NCBI RefSeq assembly: GCF_006345805.1
Contig: NC_042999.1
Coordinates: 67,270,001 to 67,334,000, forward strand
DNA: 64,000 nt
From: Octopus sinensis
Taxonomy: Eukaryota
Direction of reading: 5' to 3'
The notes beneath the pieces were generated by a model. That model did no database searches, was not told where the DNA came from, and worked only from the letters and a program-made list of their open reading frames with translations. Of this stretch, positions 54,948 to 64,000 are shown piece after piece. The position numbers and the translations under genes are program-made. The stretch's first letter is position 1. Every line of letters starts with the position of its first letter.

Positions 54948-55907
54948 ATGTTTCTTTATTAGCCACACAGGGCTGCACACAGATAGAACAAATTACAAGG
55001 TAGAGCTTTTCTTTTGGAGGTAAAAAAAATAAAAATACAAATAAAAAAAAAGGGGGGGGTCGATCAAAAGGGATCGTAAAAGGAGAGAAGAGGACAAAAA
55101 AAGGGGGGGGTTAAAAAAAAAGGGGGAGAGGAAAAAAATTGATCAATAGGGATCGTTATCACAGAAATGTCAATATGAAGTGTAAAGGGGAGGACAGGTG
55201 AGGTTTACCCGTGGAAAGAAAAGCCTACGGAAAAGACCACGGTAACCTCGGTCAATGAAGTCACATGTTATATTTCTTTTTTTTTTTTTTTTTTTTGCAA
55301 ATAAGCAACTCTCTGTATTAATTTTTACGGTTCATAGAATCATAGTCAAGGTGGCTTCGTCATTCATACGTGCCATCCTTGCTACATTCACCCATCTTTT
55401 TTTAAAACATTCACTAGACAAAACTTGCCTCTCTACTCTCACTTTTTTCTTCAAGTGATACTTGAAGAAGTTGATGAGAGATTGACTAGAGAGGAAAGTG
55501 TTTGTCTCTAATCCTTTCAGACGCGTCCACCAGATACATTCTTTCGCCATAGCCACAAGTATGATAAAAATAGCTGTTCCTTCCCGTTTGAAGGAAGGAG
55601 GCGTGACGATATTAACGATAGATTCGGCTGATAATCCGACACGTCCCACACGTGACAGCAGTCGTTCGACATAAGCCCACAGGTGGGAAATTGCTGGACA
55701 CTGCACGATTGCGTGCAGAGCGGTTTCGTCGCTCTGCCCGCATCTCGGGCAGGTCGGCCCCGTGTTTCTCGAGCCATGCCTATAGAGCTTATCCCGAACA
55801 GGTAGCGCTTCTCGGTAGCACCGCCAGGCCAGGGATCTCTGGAAGTTGTCCATAGGTCCCGGGCCGAAAGTCGTTTGAAACAGGCGGGTCAGGTATTCCT
55901 CGTCGAC
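54948..55907 (-). mobile_element. 5'-truncated Tx1/L1-type LINE (ORF2 C-terminal zf-RVT, 3' UTR) within (GATA)n
   Basis: [28 protein letters not shown] motif, open to stop at 55332; AATAAA near the 3' end; (ATCT)n on both flanks. Confidence 0.88.
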
Positions 55908-55939
55908 ATAGATAGATAGATTGATAGATAGATAAATAA

Positions 55940-55975
<36 letters not shown>

Positions 55976-55997
55976 GCAGACAGGCAGACAGACAGAC

Positions 55998-56063
<66 letters not shown>

Positions 56064-56085
56064 GTAGATAGATAGATAGACAGAC

Positions 56086-56160
<75 letters not shown>

Positions 56161-56580
56161 CACACTTATCTATACATACATGTATAGTTATGTGTAAACT
56201 GTAAATCGGGGATGGGATTTTTATCTATATATCTAATGAAGCAAATTTTGAAATTGAAATAAAATGTTACTCAAATTGTAGAGGTCTATTTTTTTATTGC
56301 GGGTGCGCGCGTCCAGAAACAAAGTGCGGTTGTCATGGTAACAAGCTGTTAATGCCTTGTCTGTTGATGGGCTAAAAATTAACCAAATTTTCAAACTTTA
56401 TTTCCAAATAACATCAGATTCTTAATTTACAAGATAACGTAACTACCTGAGAATAATCAAAAGTCAGAACTGCATCGATACACCAAAACTGAAAACAATC
56501 TGAGCAAAAGTAAAGGTGGATAATTTTGTGAGTGAAACATAGAAGATCCGAATTACCCACAACAGTCCATTTTACCAATT

Positions 56581-56985
56581 CTTTTATTCTTTTATCTGTT
56601 TCAGTCATTTGACTGCTGCCACGCTGGAGCACTGCCTTTAGTCGAACAAATCGACCCCAGGACTTATTCTTTGTAAGCCTAGTACTTATTCTATCGGTCT
56701 CTTTTGCCGAACCGCTAAGTTACAGGGACGTAAACACACCAGCATCGGTTATCAAGCGATGTTGGGTGTACAAACACAGACACACAAACATATACACACA
56801 TACATTTATATATACATATATACGACGGGCTTCTTTCAGTTTCCGTCTACCAAATCCACTCACAAAGCTTTGATCGACCCGAGGCTATAGTAGAAGACAC
56901 TTGCCCAAGGTGCCACGCAGTGGGACTGAATCCGGAACCATGTGGTTGGTTAGCAAGCTACTTACCACACAGCCACTCCTGCGCC
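56581..56985 (-). mobile_element. SINE family B, full length
   Basis: Complete match to other B copies. Confidence 0.92.
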
Positions 56986-57069
56986 TATTGTATACATATT
57001 ATTTTGTATTTCTTTCGTGCTTATAAACTGCTTTCGTCATGAACCGGCAACAAAAAACTGGAAGCTGCT

Positions 57070-57760
57070 TGCGCGAAAATGAGGCTCTACTGGCAGCGGA
57101 TAAGGGAAGAGCAAAGGCTGGAAATCCTAGAGAGAGACAAGCAAAGCCAGCAGCTGAGACGAGCGTCAATGGAGGGTGAACAACGCGAGGAACACCTGCA
57201 GCAGTGGAGGCGCAATGGCCCAGTGGTTAGGGCAGCGGACTCGCGGTAGGAGGATCGCGGTTTCTATTCCCAGACCGGGCGTTGCGTGTGTTTATTGAGC
57301 GAAAACACCTAAAGCTCCACGAGGCACCGGCAGGGGATGGTGGCGACCCCTGTTGTACTCTTTCGCCCCAACTTTATCTCACTCTTTCTTCCTGTTTCCT
57401 GTCCCCGACTTCCTACGCAACCGCTGAGCCTGGATGCGCATTCATCCACCCGTCGATGCTCTCGGTGTCGGGGGTTGACCTGCTTTCTCTTCTGCGGGTC
57501 TTACGAATAGCAAAGGACCACGTTTCGGACTTCTCCCATCTTGCGAGCTCTGGGACGAAGACCGTTCGCTCAACAGCAACAGCAGCTCAACAGCAACAGC
57601 AGCTCAACAACACCTGCAGCAAGATAGGAAGAGAAAACAAATAAGACGAGAAAATATGAATGAGTAACAGCGTGCACAACACCACGAGCAGCAGAGAAAC
57701 GTATTTCAGCAAACAGTAGAGAACATGAAACAACATGACAGCGTTATTTACCAGCAAAAC
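57070..57760 (+). pseudogene. Decayed E/R/Q-rich repeat ORF split by the SINE, possibly a Helitron N-terminal repeat region
   Basis: Removing the SINE gives REEQRLEILERDKQSQQLRRASMEGEQREEHLQQDRKRKQIRRENMNE* ; family assignment is inference only. Confidence 0.3.
57204..57608 (+). mobile_element. GC-rich tRNA-derived SINE with 13-bp TSD
   Basis: A box tggcccagtggttagg; (caa/cag)n tail; TSD aacacctgcagca at 57191-57203 and 57609-57621. Confidence 0.88.
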
Positions 57761-58220
57761 TAAAAGGGAAGATATCGAGAAAGAGTTCAGAATATGAATG
57801 CTGGTGAAATTGACAATAGCTGGTAGAATCGCTAGAGCATCGGGAAAATGCTTTGTAGCATTTACCTAACTCTTTATGTTCTGGTTTTAAATCCCTAATC
57901 CTAAACCTACATTCATTTCTCTGGGATTGGTAAAATAAAGAACCAGTCTAAATACTAGAGTTAATGGTATCGATTAACCCACTTCTAAAAATTGATGGCT
58001 TTGTGTCAAAATGTATGTTAACAGAAAAGTATTCTTTCTTTACTAAGTTTGAATTGTAATTCATTTACGAAATAGCTACCACCACCGAAAGAATGTCCGA
58101 ATAAATTAGGTTATGCTATTTATTTTGTTCGAGTTACATACCGTCAGTCATTTGACCCTTGTCAGCCTGGTCACGAAGATAGTGGATCAGTGATTTGCCT
58201 TTTGGAAACCTGTAACCCTT

Positions 58221-58433
58221 ACAGTTCTATATTTAAGAGATGAGGAATTATATACACTATTTACATTATTTACATTTGACGATATTTGTTCTCATCTTGT
58301 TTGTTGTTAACACAACGTTTCGGCTGATATACCCTCCAGCCTTCATCAGGTGTCTTGGGGAAATTTCGAACCTGGGTTCTCATTCCTAAGGTATTTTTCG
58401 ATGTTAATATTATTATTATAGTTGTTGTTGTTG

Positions 58434-58515
<82 letters not shown>

Positions 58516-58606
58516 AGGTCACGGGCATATTGCGTAGTGGTTAAGGGCGTGGGCTACTAACCCAAAGATTCCAAGTTCGATTCCAAGCAGTGACCTGAAC
58601 ACTAAC

Positions 58607-58671
<65 letters not shown>

Positions 58672-58691
58672 TAATAATAATAATAATAATG

Positions 58692-58748
<57 letters not shown>

Positions 58749-58886
58749 TCGAAAAATACCTTAGGAATGAGAGCCCAGGTTCGAAATTCCCCCAAGACAC
58801 CTGATGAAGGCTGGAGGGTATATCAGCCGAAACGTTGTGTTAACAACAAACAAGATAAGGACAAATATCCGTCACATGTAAATAAT
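58221..58886. mobile_element. Fold-back pair of SINE copies with Penelope-like tail, bounded by a 13-bp TSD
   Basis: Inverted arms 58265-58522 and 58590-58886; central tRNA-like head 58517-58595; acctgtaaccctt at 58208-58220 and 58887-58899. Confidence 0.85.
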
Positions 58887-59307
58887 ACCTGTAACCCTTG
58901 TTTACAAGTTGTATAACATAAAAGAAGTGTGTTTGTGTTATGTTCCTAGACATGTAGATACTTGTATGTGTGCAGCATGTTTGATAAGCTGTTGATGCAT
59001 GTGTGCACACGTGTGCATATACGCTTGCATGTGGCAAGTCTCCTGTTGTATATCTAGCAAGGTGCAGGAAGAAAGAAAGAAAGAAAGAAAGGCTGAAAGA
59101 GAGACAAAAAGAGAGGAAGTAACAAAAATTCTGTTTATGTATGCCGGAGACATTTTTCTTTTCTCTTTTTTTTTTTCGATAGCTTGATATTAAGTGAAAT
59201 CAAAGAAGTCTATTGTAATATCTGTTGTTTGGGTGTTTAATTAAATACTTTATCTACTTTGCAAGCTGTGTCTATTGAAACAGTAACAGGTTGACAGTTT
59301 AATAGGT

Positions 59308-59341
<34 letters not shown>

Positions 59342-59532
59342 GACAGACTGACAGAAACAGAAAGAGAGAGAAATGGAGAAAAGAAAACGGAGAGAGAACA
59401 GCGGGGAAGGGGGGGGGGCAGATATTTAGGGAGAAACAGAAGAGAGAATAAGAAAGTGAACAAAAAGATGGAAAAAGAGAAAAAAGAGAAAGATACACAT
59501 TTGCGAAAAAATATGTTGTTATCTTCCTTGGA

Positions 59533-59755
59533 CAGTAATCCCTCGCTATATCGCGGTTCACCTACCGCGGTTTATTATTTAAGCTTGCGTCGATTCCTCC
59601 GTGGTGTTGTTTTGCATTTATAATGAAATAAACATATACAAATTATAAAAATAACAAAAAAATATATACAGTACAGTACTGCTTCTCCTTCGCGGATTTT
59701 CACTTATCGCGTGTTTGTATTGAACGTAGCACCCGCGATAGTCGAGGAATTACTG
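59533..59755. mobile_element. pogo/Tigger-like MITE
   Basis: TIRs cagtaatccctcgctatatcgcgg / ccgcgatagtcgaggaattactg. Confidence 0.8.
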
Positions 59756-60311
59756 CATTTAAAAGGCATCGTAATATTCAATGGCTTTGCCCAATTTTAA
59801 TAACTTTTCATTTCACTGTTAATAGTTATTGGCACTTAGTTAAAGTCGAAAAGGACTAATACATTGTAACTTCACTTATAAAACTGTGTAGTACAATGTA
59901 GCATTTTCTCGAGGCATTTGTTTCTCTAACTATTTTGTACGAGTTATATACGGTTAGTTTGTTATGAATTAAATACGTCGAAACAAAAGTGAAATAAATG
60001 TTAACTATAATGTAGCAAGCATAGAAAATCTAATGAGGAATAGTTATGTGATGAGTAAAAGTTAACATTGCTTAGGTACTTATTAGTATTTCTTTCAGTT
60101 TGTCAAGTAGAGGAGACAACTCTGTACATATTTTGGTCTTATCACACATCCTCAGCGAAGCATAGACGTTCCTGTGCTGGCCGAATTAGGGCCGAGAAAA
60201 TTACTATGAAGATCTACATTATTGTATACAAATAGGCGTGTAAAATTAGTATACTTAATTAGAATATCACTGAAGTTAATTAATTAACTTCACATACACA
60301 CACACACATAT

Positions 60312-60677
60312 TCTTTTGTTCTTTTATTCTTTTCAGTCATTTCATACTGGAGTACTGTCTTTAGCCGAACAAATCGACCCCAGGACTTATTCGTTGTAAG
60401 CCTAGTACTTCTTCTATCGGTCTCTTCGCAAAACTGCTAAGTTACGGGGACGTAAACACACCAACATCGATTGTCAAGCGATGGTGGTAGGATAAACACA
60501 GACACACAAATGCATACACACACATATACATATACATACGACGAGCTTCTTTCAGTTTCCGTCTACCAAATCCACTCACAAGGCTTTGATCGTCCCGATC
60601 AAGATGACACGCAGTGGGACTGAACCTGGAGCGATGTGGCTGGGAAGCAAACTTTTTACCACACAGCCACACCTGTG

Positions 60678-60679
<2 letters not shown>
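60312..60679 (-). mobile_element. SINE family B
   Basis: Homology to other B copies, short internal deletion. Confidence 0.88.
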
Positions 60680-60749
<70 letters not shown>

Positions 60750-60750
<1 letters not shown>

Positions 60751-62052
60751 TAGCAGAGATACCCGGCGTTGCCCTGTTATATTCAATTGAAGAATTAGAC
60801 TTTTCTGTTATATCTTCTGTAATGAACTGGAATATCTGTTTCGAATTTCATCAAAATTGCAGATGCGGGTTATTTCCCTCTTTACACACCCTAAAAAATT
60901 GTAATCGTGCCACATGTATCCCATACTACTGATTTTTATGCGCATATTCCAAAATTCCAGTCTTATTGAACCTGTTAAAAAGATTTTGCTCCTGAAAAAT
61001 GAAGGTCATGGAGCTCTAAAATGTGAGAGTTAATGCTCCTATTGGGGATGGGCATCTTAATGTGAACCAGAGAAGTTGAATTGTTGAAAATCTTTTTAAC
61101 TTGGGTCTTATGTCTATTGTTTGAATTTCTTTGAAATAGGAAATATATGTTCACTGGGTTTGTAAAAGAGAGCAAAGCTACAGGAAACCAAAAGACGAAT
61201 GATCACAATAAGCAGTCAGTTACCCTACCCTAGTCGTTACCACACCCAATGTAGGATTCCTCACCATCCAGGTGACAGGCACAGCTGTAAGATGCATTAC
61301 GAATCTATAGCAATTGGAAGGGCGTGACCCAACTGAAATCAACATTGTGTGACGTGAGGGCTAAGAAGAAATGAAAGCTGGAGTTTGCAAATGACCACTA
61401 TACTGATACGTAACTGGACAGAATAAATTTAAAATCCATAAATGTCTTTGAATAACCAGTCACTCATCTGAGAAGGCCTTGAAATCAATGTTACCATCTG
61501 GGGACTATGTGTGACCGAGTGATAATAACAAGACTGAAAGGAGGTCTGCAATCAAATAACTTTACTCAACACTTTGCAACTGAATCAGTGGAGGCAAAGA
61601 TGCCTCTCATTTACTTGACAATTTATGCAGCACATTGCAGAAATCACAATATAAGTGTATGTCAAAGCAAACTGTTACACTGTTGTACCATTCAATTAGA
61701 AATAACGCCCAACTTTTATGCTCGGATAACCCTACAGCTTCCAAGAGCACAACTGTATTCGTGTTTGCATAGATAAAATGACAAAATTGTGGGTGTTAAG
61801 TCCCCATGGAGGGGTCTTTCTATCTTTGTAAGAAGATAAAATTTTATAAATATGACTTCATTTGTGTCTAATATCTATAGTTAAAATTTCATCAACAGCA
61901 AAAATATATGAATTGTCATGGGGGTTTTGGCCCTTATGCATAGAATATAATTTCCAAATTTCATAAATATCCATTCAGTACTTTTGACCTGGTTTTGGAT
62001 CATAAAAGAAATGACTAAAATTTCGGAGTTAAGGCTCCCATTAGGGTGTTTT

Positions 62053-62115
<63 letters not shown>
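60750..62115 (-). mobile_element. Non-autonomous Helitron
   Basis: 3' hairpin CAGGGCAACGCCGGG then CTAG|T at 60750; (ATCT)n-led 5' end is approximate. Confidence 0.65.
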
Positions 62116-62119
<4 letters not shown>

Positions 62120-62404
62120 TAGATATACACATACACACATACAAAGATAAATTGATAGATACAACTGAGTGGGTAAATAAAAATATGAGACACAGCCTAG
62201 TGCTTTTTTATGTTGATAAGCCTAGTACTTATTCTATTTGTTTGTTCTTGTGAAACCAGTAAGTTATGTGGATGTAAATAAATGAACAGCAGTTGTGAAG
62301 CAGTGATGAGGGCAAAACACAGAGACATAGACACACACATACACTTACATATATACATATATATACGATTGATTTGTTTCAGTTCCTGTCTACGAAATCC
62401 ATAT

Positions 62405-64000
62405 ATATTGTTGTTCGCATCCTTTTTGTCTCGGGAGACAATGGAGTTGCGCATAAAATAATCTAGTCCGGCTTTTACATTTCATGTCCTAATACATCTC
62501 CTGCTGTGGCTGTGTAGTACTATCCTGGACAAACACTCCCTCTGGCAGGTGCCGCAAATGTAGCGAAGACTTTGCCTGGCTGATTGTAATGTCATAGTTT
62601 CTTGTTGACGTCTTTTCTTGTCTTTCCATTTCTCCTCTCTCTCTATGTCACTCCTTTGTGGTCCCTCTTTTACGGTACGTCGCCAATCTCCACGGTTGCT
62701 GGCAACTGCTTCCCAGTTGGTAATATTGATATAGCAGGCATTCATGTCCCTTTTGCAAACATCCTTGTATCGTAAGAACGGTCTTCCCACAGACCTAGTG
62801 CTCCTAGCAAGCTCTCCGTTGAGTATGTCCTTGGGGATTCTGCCATCTTCCATACGGCTAACATGTCCAAGCCATCTAGTACGTCTTTGTGTGAGGAGTG
62901 CAAACAAGCTTGTTATTCCTGCTTGCTTGAGGACATCTTTGTTGGGGACATGATTCTGCCATTTGGTGCGAAGGATTTTCCAGAGGCAGCGCAAGTGAAA
63001 GATATTTAGGTGACGCTCTTGGCGTGTGTATGGCGTCCAAGTCTCACTTCCATACAGTAGAGTGCTAAGTACACATGCCTGGTAAATCTTCATTTTTGTG
63101 GTCTTGGTCAGCTTATTGTTGTCCCATGCCCGTTTGGAGAGTTGGGCCATCACAGCAGCTGCCTTGCCAATGCGTATATTGAGCTCAGCATCATGGTTGT
63201 AGGTGACGGTAGAGCCAAGATAGGTAAACTTCTCCACCTCCTGTAGTCTGTGGTCTCCAATATGTATGTTTGGGATGTCCGATGTAGCCTGACCCATGAT
63301 GTTGGTCTTCTTGAGGCTGATAACTAAGCCAAAGTTGCCACATGCTTGCTCAAAACAGTTGATGAGCCTTTGTAGGGCTTCTTCTGTGTGTTATACCAGA
63401 GCGGCATCATCAGTAAATAGCATCTCCTTGATCAGGACGCTTCTGACTTTGGTCTTGGCACGCAGACGCGAGTGATTGAACAGTTTCCCATCACTTCTAC
63501 TGTGCAGAAATACTCCATCATCTGATGTCTGAAAGGCATGTGACAGCATCAGCGAGATGCCAAATAATGTAGGAGCAAGGACACAAACTTGCTTTACCCC
63601 ATTTTTTATTTGGAAGGCGGCTGATGTTGAACCATTGTGCTGTATAGTGCCTTGCATATCATCATGGAAAGATTTGATGATCCTCAGCAGCTTTGGTGGA
63701 CATCCGATTTTTTGGAGCAGGATGAAGAGGCCCTTTTCTACTTACCAAGTCAAACGCCTTTGTCAGATCAATGAAGGCCATATATAATGGCATTTTCTGC
63801 TTTCTGGACTTCTCCTGAAGTTGGCGTATGGAGAATATCATGTCAATAGTTGATCTGCTTCTTCTAAAGCCGCACTGCGATTCTGGATTAATTCGAGAAG
63901 CAAGCAGTTGCAGCCTGGACAGGATAATGCGAGCAGAGACCTTTCCAACAGTGCTTAGAAGAGATATTACGCGGAAATTGTTACAATCATCACGGTCACC
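62405..64000 (-). mobile_element. RTE-clade LINE, defective RT and C-terminus; continues beyond the window
   Basis: PESQCGFR..RSTIDMIF..RQLQEK..FIDLTKAFD, GVKQ.CVLAPTLF, LFTDD, FTYLGS, KIYQACVLSTLLYGSETW, RWLGHVSRMEDGRIPK; stop at 62482; frameshifts and an in-frame stop. Confidence 0.95.

Noticed and set aside
55332-56165. 277-aa ORF as a host gene
   Set aside because: The N-terminal part is (ATCT)n translation; the rest is a LINE ORF2 C-terminus.
58517-58595. Genuine tRNA with ACT anticodon
   Set aside because: Acceptor and T stems do not form properly, and it is joined to a SINE body.

Overview
AT-rich, microsatellite-dense eukaryotic DNA, most likely an octopus genome (inferred from the SINE families and repeat make-up, not database-verified). 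No intact protein-coding gene is supportable. The first ~26 kb is a cluster of one tRNA isoacceptor, tRNA-Ser(GCT): 12 complete copies plus one cut by the window edge, 12 of the 13 on the minus strand. Three layers of duplication built it: an old, diverged 1.5-2.1 kb tandem array (1-9025), an inverted duplication (~12727-15540), and a young ~6.3 kb three-tRNA tandem duplication (~14653-27390) whose junction is a chimeric SINE. Two copies are an isodecoder with compensatory base-pair changes in two stems. The rest is transposon debris: several tRNA-type SINE families (my labels A-D, one forming tandem multimers), Tc1 and mariner relics, a hAT relic with an inverted segment, Helitron relics, Gypsy gag, Penelope GIY-YIG, a Tx1/L1-type LINE 3' fragment inside (GATA)n, an RTE LINE, and MITEs. 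Most notable: the SINE-A tail matches the 3' end of the Tx1-type LINE; SINE-A multimers sit inside one target-site duplication; a TSD-bounded fold-back element; and a duplicated pre-miRNA-like hairpin. tRNA, TIR and TSD coordinates were counted by hand; other element ends are approximate, and all identities are by eye.
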